Of a stretch of DNA of 64,000 bases, positions 1-9,566 are shown piece after piece. Position numbers and translations under genes: made by a program. The stretch covers positions 1-64,000 of the IMG/VR virus record IMGVR_UViG_3300028800_000073, one strand, 5' to 3'. Position 1 is the stretch's first letter. Each line of letters starts with the position of its first letter. Source of the DNA: a virus. The notes below the pieces were generated by a model. The model was not told where the DNA came from. It saw nothing but the letters and a program-made list of their open reading frames with translations, and made no database searches.

Positions 1-1
1 A

Positions 2-247
2 TGGTCTCAGCACTAGGCTGCCAAGCGTTCTGGTGAAGCCATTGGTGTCCTTCATAGTGAACCAATGAGTGCCATTGCGGAGCACCTTGGTGTTATCAGC
101 GATACTGAATACGACGGAACCAACCATGAGTACTCTCTCACCACCTGGCTTAGTAACGACTTTGTAGTTAAATGGCTCTAAGTCAAAGAACAGGGCGTCA
201 CCGCCTTTAATGAAATCTAGGAAATCATCGAAGCTTATCGTATGCAT
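2..247 (-). CDS. Hypothetical protein, 3'-truncated by the window edge; probable paralog of 225..506
   Basis: Manual translation MHTISFDDFLDFIKGGD... runs off the window start. It resembles MKLDFNDVLEFLDGAD of the neighbour. GGGAAACACT lies upstream of the ATG. Confidence 0.55.
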   Translation of the reverse strand, partial: MHTISFDDFLDFIKGGDALFFDLEPFNYKVVTKPGGERVLMVGSVVFSIADNTKVLRNGTHWFTMKDTNGFTRTLGSLVLRP

Positions 248-506
248 AGTGTTTCCCATGTAGTGGTACAATGGTCAGGATCTGTGTGTCGTAAACCAAG
301 TCGATACCTGGCCGACCTGGATTGACTTGGATGTTTCTGATATCCTTCTCTTCTAATGAGACATGCACTGGCCCAAAGATAATGATCCTAGGAACGCTGT
401 AGACTGAATCGTATTTAAGGACTCTCAGCCCAACTAGGAGACCATTCACTAAGTAGTGATCAGCGCCATCTAAGAATTCCAAGACGTCATTGAAGTCGAG
501 TTTCAT
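225..506 (-). CDS. Hypothetical phage protein
   Basis: 93 aa ORF with an ATGA overlap to the upstream gene. Confidence 0.6.
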   Translation of the reverse strand: MKLDFNDVLEFLDGADHYLVNGLLVGLRVLKYDSVYSVPRIIIFGPVHVSLEEKDIRNIQVNPGRPGIDLVYDTQILTIVPLHGKHYAYDKLR

Positions 507-823
507 ATAGGCTTTATGTAGATCTTAAGACCACGGAGCTTAGCTAAACTAACCATACTTGCGGTACCCTTCGACTGACCGTCCCATAGGGCAATAAGGG
601 CGTCGGCATAATCAGCCATCTGCTTATTCCTAATAGGACCAGCAGCATTACCGTGCTTATCCCAATCAGCTGGGAATATCCTCAGTGGGATACCGTTCTC
701 CTTGGCGTATCTCTCACCGAGGGCGTCTACTCCGGAGGCGCCACCGGAGACAACTTCAGTAATCTCGAACTTACTCTCAGCTACGGCGGCTAAGAGGGTG
801 TCGTATTCATGGTAATCCCGCAT
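503..823 (-). CDS. SLOG/YspA-like (DUF2493) protein
   Basis: Motifs VVSGGASGVD, PADWDKHGNAAGPIRNKQMA and WDGQSKGT. The N-terminal KVIIAG strand extends to an ACG at 842-844 (see findings). Confidence 0.85.
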   Translation of the reverse strand: MRDYHEYDTLLAAVAESKFEITEVVSGGASGVDALGERYAKENGIPLRIFPADWDKHGNAAGPIRNKQMADYADALIALWDGQSKGTASMVSLAKLRGLKIYIKPI

Positions 824-1508
824 ACCGGCTATGATTACTTTCGTAAAGCCTCCAGCGCCCTGACGTACACGCGTCCAGCCTTCTTGAACTCACTCTGAAC
901 CTCGAAGTGGTCATAAAGACCATTAGTGTCAGTCATGGACTCATATAGTTCAAGAGCCGCTGAGGCAAATGCGTCCTTGGCCTTGGTTACGTTAAACTGA
1001 CGCTCCCTCATCGTAATGGTTCTGCCTCTGGGCTCGCGTTGCCAGCCATAGAGCATCTCCTCAACATCATCACCGTTCATTTGGTCTCCACAGGTTTAAG
1101 GCGCATCTCATCGAGATTGCCGATTTCGAAGAAGCCGTCACCGACGTATCTAACGTGATCCACGAATACTTTACAGGCCAGCTCCTCGATGCTCTTGGGA
1201 TGCCACTGAGCAACCTCTACGGCCATGTCGTGGCATAGCTGGTCGATATCAACGCGCTTAGTCATAAGCTATTAACTCCAGGGTTTTTCTATTCATGATA
1301 AACAACTCTCTACACGCCGGGACACGGGCATCGTTAAGCTCCCTCACTGAAACACCCTTGGCATAGAGCCTAACACCTTCTTCGTGCAGTAGGCGCCGCA
1401 ACGTCTTAATGGTGTCCTTGTCCAGAGCTTCAAAGCCATGCTCGTCGGCACACCAATAGATCGTGCTTAAAGCATGGGATAAGTGGGTTACGACGGGCAG
1501 GTAATCAA

Positions 1509-1775
1509 TCACTGCTTCTCCACTGATGTGTCTGTGGTCAGTTCATCGCAGCTGACATGGATCTCTCTGTTATCCTCAGTACGCACAATGAAGGTAGCTG
1601 GGTAGGTCTTTTGATCCCTAGCTGTAACGTACACCCTATGGTTGTGCCACATACGGTACTCACCGGGATTGGGCCAATTGCGGTGCATCATGCTAGGAAT
1701 AGCGATAGCAGCAATGACGGCAATAATAGCGATAACGATCATGCACTCAATAAGGGTGAAGGCTTTTCTGATCAC
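1509..1775 (-). CDS. Small type IV prepilin-like protein (N-terminal cleavage/methylation motif)
   Basis: MIRKA|FTLIECMIVIAIIAVIAAIAIP: short basic leader, F1, E5 and a hydrophobic helix ending in P. Confidence 0.85.
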   Translation of the reverse strand: MIRKAFTLIECMIVIAIIAVIAAIAIPSMMHRNWPNPGEYRMWHNHRVYVTARDQKTYPATFIVRTEDNREIHVSCDELTTDTSVEKQ

Positions 1776-2595
1776 TTTGTGTTCCTTGCGGCTCTCTTTT
1801 CGAGATTGATGGTTTCTTCACACATTTTACCCACTTCTGTTGCAGCGAGCATGACAGCAAACAGATCGGTGCCAGGTGGGAGTATGCGGAGCATCATCCT
1901 GTGGATCTCCGCAGTCATCATGCCTCCCGGCGTAAGGTATGTCTGACCGATACGACGTAGCTCGGCTATCTGACGAAGTACGGATTTTGTTCTGTGTTCA
2001 TGGCATCCATAATCAGTAGCTTTACTGGTCATTGTCCGTTTCCGTGTTGTTCGTTGTACTGTTCCAAGCAATACTGGCATACAATAGGTTCACCGGGCTC
2101 ATTGGTACACGGTGCCCCATCGTCTTCATCAAAGAGTCTACCGCAACCACACAGGATCTTGGGGTAACCGTTGGGTGGGTCTAGTAAGGGCATACATCAT
2201 CGATTCGGAAGAAGTTATGTCCCTCGTAAATGATTTCTTTGTCTAAAGCAGAACCGGCTGCGTCTGCCAGTTCTTCGTTGTCCATACCAGCGAAGTGCTC
2301 GGTTAACATCTGCAATAGCTTGGCTTTGTATGTACAACCGTCTTTATGATTTAGTGTTGTCATGTGTTTCCCAGTAGTGGAAGCGAAAGCGTCCACAGTT
2401 GATGCGTTCTTTCCTCAGTAACCCGAGCTTGGCTGCTTCGAAGCAAGCATCGGTTCCCCTCCACTTGCGGTACTTCAAGGGATTAAGCTCAATGAAATGC
2501 CATCTCCTAGCAATGGCTACAACCTCTTCTACGGTTAGCTTAGGTGGCTTCATAACAGCATCCGGGGTGCTGTTACACACCCCGGAGTTGTGTTG

Positions 2596-2796
2596 TTACA
2601 GCGTTACTTCAACCAATGAGACCAGTTGCCAGTCCCCAGCACCAGCTAACTCGTCGTCGGTAGGCTTTGTATTAAAGATGGCAATATCAGTATCTGGGTC
2701 ATCTGTACCCTCCTCAATATACGCAGCTACCCAATACTTCTTAATCTTGGGCTTAAGATCTTTGGGGCTAGGAATTGGTAAGTTCTTGAGCTTCAC
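2596..2796 (-). CDS. Small paralog family A, copy 4
   Basis: Likely GTG start at 2796 (GTGA overlap). Shares the K.K..P.P, KP and W.LVSL.EVT motifs with the three upstream genes. Confidence 0.65.
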   Translation of the reverse strand: MKLKNLPIPSPKDLKPKIKKYWVAAYIEEGTDDPDTDIAIFNTKPTDDELAGAGDWQLVSLVEVTL

Positions 2797-2990
2797 TGTG
2801 TTATCTCCATGAGGTCTACTAGGGTCCACTCGCCATCAACATTAGCGAGCTGATCAGCCGATGGCTTCTCTCTGTAGAAATTACAGCAGCTCTCATGGCC
2901 TTCCATGTAAACATATACCGCAATCCACCCAGTCATTGGCTTGGGCTTGTCCTTCTTCGGCTTAGGGAATGGGACGTGCTTGATCTTCAC
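2793..2990 (-). CDS. Small paralog family A, copy 3
   Basis: KIKHVPFPKPK...EKPS...GEWTLVDLMEIT. Confidence 0.65.
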   Translation of the reverse strand: MKIKHVPFPKPKKDKPKPMTGWIAVYVYMEGHESCCNFYREKPSADQLANVDGEWTLVDLMEITQ

Positions 2991-3220
2991 AGCTTAACCT
3001 CAAGTAATGAGATAAGCTCCCAGTCACCATCGGCGTCGTCTAGCTCGTCCTTCAATTCCTCTGCTGTTGGCTTGGTCCTGTAAATCGTCGTATCAACATC
3101 GATTGGATCCTCTGGTTCGGGGTACTCATCAGCAACCTTAGCAAAGGTACCTACCCAGCAGGTTCCGGTCTTCCGCTTCGGCTTAGGGAAATCTGGAATC
3201 GGTATTGACTTAGCTTTCAC
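2987..3220 (-). CDS. Small paralog family A, copy 2
   Basis: KAKSIPIP...TKPT...GDWELISLLEVK. Confidence 0.65.
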   Translation of the reverse strand: MKAKSIPIPDFPKPKRKTGTCWVGTFAKVADEYPEPEDPIDVDTTIYRTKPTAEELKDELDDADGDWELISLLEVKL

Positions 3221-3447
3221 TTGGTCACCTCTAGTAGGGTTAGGAGTTCCCAGCCTTCACTGGGATCATCATTGTCCGCGTCTTCTTGAAGCGCGGCGTT
3301 TGTCGGCTTCTCACAGAATTCGGCGGTGTTAATGCAGAGTTCACCGCTACCGGTGATCCTACCCCAAATAGCTGTCCATCGAACGACCTCTCCCTTTTTA
3401 GGGGGAGAGGGCTTCTTAATCTTGAACGGTACCGAAGTAACCTTCAT
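3217..3447 (-). CDS. Small paralog family A, copy 1
   Basis: KVTSVPFK...EKPT...GWELLTLLEVT. Confidence 0.65.
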   Translation of the reverse strand: MKVTSVPFKIKKPSPPKKGEVVRWTAIWGRITGSGELCINTAEFCEKPTNAALQEDADNDDPSEGWELLTLLEVTK

Positions 3448-3776
3448 TACTTAGCCTTTGCCGCGATAGCACGCTTAGCCGGGGCATTGGACTCCTCAGC
3501 TAGCTCCAGGGCGTCCCACTCGGAGATGCTGGGGAAGGCTGCCATCAGCAGGGTGTGGACCTTGCAGCGGCGGCTATTGACACCGTCAGACAGCTTGACT
3601 GAGACGGTACCGTCACTGTCAACATGGCCCTTGATGGAGTGCTGCGGGAAATTGTAAACGATATTGGTCTTGCCCTGAGTCGAGAAGCCGTGGCGTCTCA
3701 CTTGGCCCTTGTTGGAGATCTCGTACATGCCGTTCCATCCTGAGATGGGGCGCCACAGAGTTACGGACTTAGTCAT
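3447..3776 (-). CDS. NUMOD4 domain protein (no intact HNH nuclease domain seen)
   Basis: WRPISGWNGMYEISNKGQVR and VHTLLMAAF; the ORF ends before any HNH core. Confidence 0.8.
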   Translation of the reverse strand: MTKSVTLWRPISGWNGMYEISNKGQVRRHGFSTQGKTNIVYNFPQHSIKGHVDSDGTVSVKLSDGVNSRRCKVHTLLMAAFPSISEWDALELAEESNAPAKRAIAAKAK

Positions 3777-3797
3777 GTTGTTTCCTTAGAAACGGGT

Positions 3798-4079
3798 TTA
3801 GTTCTCAAGGTCAATGTAAGCGTCTTTTAATTCTAGCTCGTGAAGGAACTCATTGAGATCGTTACTACGATCAATAGCGGCATCACCACCGTCTGGGTCG
3901 GTAATCCAAGCGAGTTCCTCTTTGAATCGAGCCACTGAAATCATTGTTCTATTGGCATCACCGTAGGTGAATGAGCAATTACTGAGTTCATCCATGAACC
4001 TAGTGAATTGCCCCTCGCCAAAGAAGCACTCTAGTTCGCTCAGCGGAACGAATTGGCACTTCTGAATGTTAGGCGTCAT
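3798..4079 (-). CDS. Hypothetical protein, paralog family B
   Basis: QKCQFVPLSELECFF...FMDELS matches 4069..4359. Confidence 0.6.
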   Translation of the reverse strand: MTPNIQKCQFVPLSELECFFGEGQFTRFMDELSNCSFTYGDANRTMISVARFKEELAWITDPDGGDAAIDRSNDLNEFLHELELKDAYIDLEN

Positions 4080-4359
4080 GCGCCATAACCTCGACTGGTA
4101 CTAGATCAATCAAGGTATCATCAGGAAGATTCGCCTTAAGCGCTTCAATTGTACTATCCAATACGCCGAGATCCTCGGCTACGGCTAGTAGTCTAGCCTT
4201 GGTAATGAGTACCCCTACTTGGCCTAGCTCAGAACCGCCTAGCTCCTCGACGTCCCAGGCATAGGCTAGCTCGGAGAGGAATAGGTCGAATCGGTTGCCA
4301 CTGAAGAACTGTTCAAGTGCTTCAATGGGTACGTACTTACACTGTTGTGTTGATATCAT
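4069..4359 (-). CDS. Hypothetical protein, paralog family B
   Basis: QQCKYVPIEALEQFF...FLSELA. Confidence 0.6.
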   Translation of the reverse strand: MISTQQCKYVPIEALEQFFSGNRFDLFLSELAYAWDVEELGGSELGQVGVLITKARLLAVAEDLGVLDSTIEALKANLPDDTLIDLVPVEVMAHDA

Positions 4360-4360
4360 G

Positions 4361-5611
4361 TTATTCTTTGGTTTTAGGGAAGTAGTGCTGATACAGGAAT
4401 GGTTGCTTTCTCTCGTAGCTGTACATGAAATCGCGTAGCATTTGCTCTGCTGTGCGCATCTCTTCTAGGCGTCTAATGCATTGCTCAACAGTTGGCTTAT
4501 CTTCATCGAAATCACAGAACCACTCGAAGAGCTTCCGTAGACCAGTCAGCTCCTCCATCGCTTCTTTATCGAAATCCTCGATGGCACGCTTAGCCATCGT
4601 GGCAACGCTGTGACCGTTTAACTCATCGTCAATGAACTTGCGCAGCTTCTCAATGGCTTCACCTGAGGTGGCCCCATAGATCAAGTCCAAACCGAAACCA
4701 ATCCTCACCGTAGAAAACGCTACCCAACGGTCACCGCTTACTACTTTAGCAGCCCCCAAGGTAACGGTGCGGCCATCAGCTAGCGTTACTGCTTGAGTGA
4801 CCTCAACGTTCTCGGCTTCCCACTTCTTCTCTAGCTTCTCCTTGATCTGCCGTGTCACTTCAGAGCGCACCGGCGCACAAGCACAGACGTCGGACTCTTT
4901 GCCGTCACCAAGGAACAGTTGGCCGTCCCACAGCTTCGCTACAACGCTATACCGGTAATCAACGGGGTACGTAGCGCCGCTCTTTATAGTGATATACTCA
5001 CGGAGCATACCACCGGGTACGTCTTCATTCGGAACCTTCCTAGCGCTACTACTGATAATGAGATACGTCTTGATCTTCTCCACGATCTCACCACGGGCTT
5101 CATCAATCGTAGCCCCGTAGGCCAGCATTCCTGGGATGGCATCAACCTCAGCGATGATGCGACCGTCATCCTCTTTATCGAACTCTACGGTATACGAATG
5201 AGCACCGATCTGGATTACATCGCTGAAGCGTGTACGCTCGAACAATGACTTCTCGCCACCTTGCTTGTGGCAATCCCCAATTAACTGGCAGTTAGCAGAG
5301 GCATCTCCGCACATCCACCAATAATTGTCCCAAACCGGCTTAACCTCGAAGCCGTTGACAGTACCGTCTGCGTCAACTGCCACCCAGTTATAGGTGGTCT
5401 TACTCCAGTCGATATCTTCATCAATCACTGGCGCTACCTGATACTCGTATTCAGCGAAGTTGAATGGAGCATCATGCGCCTTCGAAGCAAAGCAGTACTG
5501 CTCCTTGTAGTTGCCTTTACGGCGCTCCAAAATCTCCATACCATCGGCGGCTGACATCAGGATAGTGGCGCACATGTCGAAGGGCATCAACGCCCCTGGA
5601 TCGTTACTCAC
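4361..5611 (-). CDS. Mosaic protein with HicB-like antitoxin domain(s)
   Basis: YTVEFDKEDDGRIIAEVDAIPGMLAYGATIDEA matches the HicB N-terminal pattern; second weaker copy RWVAFS...IYGATSGEAIEKL. Confidence 0.65.
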   Translation of the reverse strand: MSNDPGALMPFDMCATILMSAADGMEILERRKGNYKEQYCFASKAHDAPFNFAEYEYQVAPVIDEDIDWSKTTYNWVAVDADGTVNGFEVKPVWDNYWWMCGDASANCQLIGDCHKQGGEKSLFERTRFSDVIQIGAHSYTVEFDKEDDGRIIAEVDAIPGMLAYGATIDEARGEIVEKIKTYLIISSSARKVPNEDVPGGMLREYITIKSGATYPVDYRYSVVAKLWDGQLFLGDGKESDVCACAPVRSEVTRQIKEKLEKKWEAENVEVTQAVTLADGRTVTLGAAKVVSGDRWVAFSTVRIGFGLDLIYGATSGEAIEKLRKFIDDELNGHSVATMAKRAIEDFDKEAMEELTGLRKLFEWFCDFDEDKPTVEQCIRRLEEMRTAEQMLRDFMYSYERKQPFLYQHYFPKTKE

Positions 5612-6363
5612 TCCTCGCTCTCCTCGAACTCAATGATATCCCGTACTTCGCCGGCGTACTGGCACAGGAACTGGAGGGCCTTCTTGTGGTCCTCAATGAA
5701 GCTCCATGCCTTATCAGCTGCCTCGTCATTGGCGTAATCATAGTCCGTGGCTAGGCTCTGGAGTACCTTGCCCCAGAGGAACAGGAAGGCATCAACCTGC
5801 TCGTGATCCAGTTCAATGGACTCATCTGGATCAATACGGATCGGTGAGCCTTCTTCCTTGGCATCCGATAGCTTAAGCGCTGCCTCAGCGGATTCCTCGC
5901 GGCCTCGGACTTCAATATCAGCTAGAGTCGGCAAGTGTACCTTACCGTCACGCTCAGCACCGGCTAGGGTACGGATTGGCTTAGTGCCAACACCGGGATC
6001 CGCAGTCGCAAGGGCGTCCTTAATAGCTGGTGTAACCTTATCCGCTAGAACCGTCACCCCTGGGGTCCGATTCATGGCTTGTACTACTCCTAATACGGTT
6101 TCCGGTGAATACCCTAGATCAGCAGCGCACTTCGCTACTGAGCCCTCTGAGGGATGGTCACAGAAGTACTTGACGATCTCAGCAATGACAGCAACTTCGA
6201 TTTCGTTCATGGTTTCCCTGATGGTTTGTGGTGGCTCATCATACGCAATTGGATCGTTACTAATCTGTGACCTAAATGTGGCCGTTATGTTATCGTTGTC
6301 ATCAACGTAATACGTGGCCATGTAATTGCCCTCTTTCTGCGTAATCTCTCTCATGTATTCCAT
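5608..6363 (-). CDS. Hypothetical protein with a possible HTH
   Basis: GSVAKCAADLGYSPETV is HTH-like; coupled to both neighbours. Confidence 0.45.
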   Translation of the reverse strand: MEYMREITQKEGNYMATYYVDDNDNITATFRSQISNDPIAYDEPPQTIRETMNEIEVAVIAEIVKYFCDHPSEGSVAKCAADLGYSPETVLGVVQAMNRTPGVTVLADKVTPAIKDALATADPGVGTKPIRTLAGAERDGKVHLPTLADIEVRGREESAEAALKLSDAKEEGSPIRIDPDESIELDHEQVDAFLFLWGKVLQSLATDYDYANDEAADKAWSFIEDHKKALQFLCQYAGEVRDIIEFEESEE

Positions 6364-7619
6364 TTCTCTTTAAGTGCTTTACGGACACAGGCTTCGGTGA
6401 ACTGAGCGGCAGTGAAGTCTTTTGAGCTATCAACTAAACCACTGATCTCTAACTGAGTGTGCTCCTTCAATATCCTCTTAGCTATCTTGACACGACTAGC
6501 ACTACTAAGGGTCTTCAGGTCCAAGATGCGGTCTATGCGCCCTGGTCTAGAAGTACCACCGTGTTCATCGAATACAGCTAGCGCCGGATCGATCTTCATG
6601 ATGTCGTTTGTTGTGATAACAGTGAATATGCCGTCTGTGGTATCCGCGCCAGCAATGGCGTTCAAGAAGCAGTCGAAGGTCAAACCACCATTGATGGTCT
6701 TATTGAGGTTCTCCCGCTTATTGAATACCGCATCGATATCCTCGAACAGTGCGATGAATGGGGTATTCGCTGAGGCTTCTTTCCATTTATCTACAAAAGA
6801 GCTATTACCAAATGTCGATAAGTCGAAACAAATAAGTGGCATATCCAAGGTCTTAGCCAAGGATTTCACTAAGGTGCTTTTGCCGGTACCGGGCTTACCG
6901 GTCAGCAGCCATCCTCGGCGCCACGGAATGCCCTTCTCACGGTACCAGCTGCTGAGCTGGAGCCATTGCTGGGCCTCTTTAACAGCTTCAGCGACGTTGT
7001 CATCAAGACTCAAATCATCCATCTCCGGAACATTCGAAGATGATAAAAGCTCTTCCTCACTGTGAGTTATAGCTTTAGACCATAGCGCGAAGTCTTTTCC
7101 TATTGAGATCTCATCCGCTGGCGGTGGTTGTGCCGTTGACGGTGACCCATTGTTCACTGGCCCACAGCAGTACCGCACCATGAACCTTCCCTTGCTTGGT
7201 CTATTGGCAAAGGACGCTTTAATGGCATTGACGAACTTATAGGGATTCAGCGTACCCCTGAGGTAACTGATCTTCAGTTGGTTAACCGTAGACTTGTTAT
7301 CTTGCCACGACACTTTAATCGGTATCAACCCATAGAACACCACCAGCGGGGTATACCCGATCTTCTCGAATAAGGCGTACTCCCGCTTGGAGTTCATGTT
7401 TATTGTCATGGCATTTACGGTAAGTATCCCTGCTGGGAACCGCTTACACTGATGCCAGATGAACCAATCAATAGGAACGGTATCACCGGAAACAGCTATC
7501 TCACCGATCAGTAGCGTACTCAACCATGACAGCGTATTCCGTATCAAGCCCCATCCACCAGCAATCGCAGCAGCACCACCAGCCAGCCATGGCCAGTTAC
7601 TTCCGAGGTTCAGGTCCAT
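6351..7619 (-). CDS. Membrane-anchored BCS1-like AAA+ ATPase
   Basis: N-terminal hydrophobic segment, WYREKGIPWRRGWLLTGKPGTGKS (Walker A), LFEDID (Walker B), ITTND and RPGRID. Confidence 0.85.
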   Translation of the reverse strand: MDLNLGSNWPWLAGGAAAIAGGWGLIRNTLSWLSTLLIGEIAVSGDTVPIDWFIWHQCKRFPAGILTVNAMTINMNSKREYALFEKIGYTPLVVFYGLIPIKVSWQDNKSTVNQLKISYLRGTLNPYKFVNAIKASFANRPSKGRFMVRYCCGPVNNGSPSTAQPPPADEISIGKDFALWSKAITHSEEELLSSSNVPEMDDLSLDDNVAEAVKEAQQWLQLSSWYREKGIPWRRGWLLTGKPGTGKSTLVKSLAKTLDMPLICFDLSTFGNSSFVDKWKEASANTPFIALFEDIDAVFNKRENLNKTINGGLTFDCFLNAIAGADTTDGIFTVITTNDIMKIDPALAVFDEHGGTSRPGRIDRILDLKTLSSASRVKIAKRILKEHTQLEISGLVDSSKDFTAAQFTEACVRKALKEKWNT

Positions 7620-7966
7620 CGTCGTCCCTATACATGTCTTTGATGCAGGCGACTAGGATCAAGAATCTCAGGGCAAAGTAATCAATGAGCTTTTTCACAG
7701 GAAGTCGCTTCTCCGTAGACCACGGTAGGCATAGGGGTCACGGGCTTCTTCATTGGCGTCAATACGGATCTCTAGCTCTTCCTTGATCCAATCTTGGATA
7801 GCTAGCTCCTCTTTATCAGCTATCTCGTGATAACCAAAGCGCCGACACAATGCTACAAAAGCGCATAGCTCCTCGAATTCCGGTTCGTTGTCTCTTAAAT
7901 AGGTCTCGACTTCAGCACGCATGGCATCATATTCATCGTCTCTAGCATCAGCCATGGTGTAATCAT

Positions 7967-8362
7967 CTAGTTCGTCGGGCATTGTTCCCCCTGGATGATA
8001 CCTTTGTTACGGGTTACTCTGAACGCTCTATCATCATAAATAGCTCTGATGTTACGACTCTTGATACAGGTGATGGGGATGACCGCCCCTAGGTGTTCTA
8101 GGCACCACTCCTTGAGCTTATTGCGCACTACAGCGTAATCACGACCATCATGCGTTGGACCGACACGCGCCGTAAACAGACATACGCTATGGCCCTTGGC
8201 TATCCATTCTTTGACTGTGGCTACCATCTTCTCAATGGGCTCGCCACGGATCTCATGTGGATCCTTAGGATTAGGTCCGTCATTTGTTAGTAAGGTGCCA
8301 TCGAAATCTACGGCTTTCCACTTAAGCCCAACCAATTGATCACAGGCTTCGTACCAATTCAC
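7967..8362 (-). CDS. HAD-superfamily phosphatase (PNK phosphatase-like)
   Basis: AVDFDGTL, FTAR, K and IYDDRA motifs. Confidence 0.8.
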   Translation of the reverse strand: MNWYEACDQLVGLKWKAVDFDGTLLTNDGPNPKDPHEIRGEPIEKMVATVKEWIAKGHSVCLFTARVGPTHDGRDYAVVRNKLKEWCLEHLGAVIPITCIKSRNIRAIYDDRAFRVTRNKGIIQGEQCPTN

Positions 8363-8667
8363 TTTATCCCCTTGACTGGTAAGCCCTTAACGCATTCTTT
8401 GATGTGCTCGCAGCACTTGGCCCACATAGTGATAAGCTCATTAGCTGTTATCTCGCCGCCTATTGAACCGACCTTCTTCGTGAGATACGCCTTCAGGGCC
8501 TGCTCTACAGTTCCGTAGTACCCATGTTGGTCATAACGGACTTTACCGATATTCTCTTCTTTAGTTGGTTTGCTCTTGGGGCCGGCGCCGGTAATGACCT
8601 TGAATAGCAACTGCACGCAATCGGTGTCGCAATCGAGACACCACTGTTCATCGATGTTGATCTTCAT
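8359..8667 (-). CDS. Hypothetical phage protein
   Basis: 102 aa coupled ORF; GYYGTVEQALKAY. Confidence 0.55.
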   Translation of the reverse strand: MKINIDEQWCLDCDTDCVQLLFKVITGAGPKSKPTKEENIGKVRYDQHGYYGTVEQALKAYLTKKVGSIGGEITANELITMWAKCCEHIKECVKGLPVKGIK

Positions 8668-9092
8668 TTTGCCTTAGTGGTTTGGTCTACTACGGTGAAT
8701 AGGATTCCGGTATTGGGTAAGTGGAGCTTACGCCATTTCGTCAGTAATGCCTCTTTGTCACCGTAGTCCTTGGTTATGCCATAGGAGTCGGTGACGTAAT
8801 GTCCTTTGTCGTCGACTCTCAAATAGCGATTCCAAGGGCAGTCGCTCATTTCTTGATATAGTCCATGACATCGTCGATGATGCTGCTCTTGAACACCTGT
8901 AGTGCTACTACGAGATCCTTCTTAGCTCTAGAGATCTGCCGGGCATCCTTCTTGGTGCAGGCATCCATGTAGAGTTCAACGAATTCGACGATGTTCTCGA
9001 TGTCGTCATTGGGACGACGCTGTGGTGCTGGTGCGGCCATGGTATCTCCTTAGCAGTAACTAACATACAGGGAATGATGGGTCAACTACTAT

Positions 9093-9566
9093 TCACTCTT
9101 CAAGTATCTTCTCGGCATCCCGTATAATACGGTCTATACCATCGAAATAACCACGGTCGTAATTATCTTTCATCCATTCCAGCCGATTGCTGATACGACA
9201 GCCGTGGATCTTAGTGCCCTCTGCATCTGGGTCATACGGTACGCCGTATGCGTCTATTCTTGTGTGTACGAAGTCCTTAAACTTCTGGAGGTCATCTCCA
9301 CGCTTCTTATGGTTATCGTAACCATGCTTCAGTACCGTAATGAAAGCCAGGATGTTGTTAGCCATTGAGACTGGATTCACTTCGGTATTACCGGGCACCG
9401 CTGTACCGTGAACCCGTAGGAGTTGCATGTACCCCTCATCATCAGCTGGCGGCAGTTCATCCGCAAGCATAGCCTCCATCTCCAATAGCAATCCACTATA
9501 TCCCGGCATTCCAGTCAATATAGCGTCATGGGCGTCTTTGAGGACGCGCTTTAGATCGGAATTCAT
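9093..9566 (-). CDS. Hypothetical phage protein
   Basis: 157 aa ORF with an AAGGAAACAC-ATG RBS. Confidence 0.6.
   Translation of the reverse strand: MNSDLKRVLKDAHDAILTGMPGYSGLLLEMEAMLADELPPADDEGYMQLLRVHGTAVPGNTEVNPVSMANNILAFITVLKHGYDNHKKRGDDLQKFKDFVHTRIDAYGVPYDPDAEGTKIHGCRISNRLEWMKDNYDRGYFDGIDRIIRDAEKILEE

Noticed and set aside
3447-3776. Active HNH homing endonuclease
   Set aside because: Only the NUMOD4 part is present; there are no HNH catalytic residues.
9048-9086. Promoter with a TTGACC -35 upstream of 8846..9040
   Set aside because: No convincing -10 hexamer at 16-18 bp spacing.
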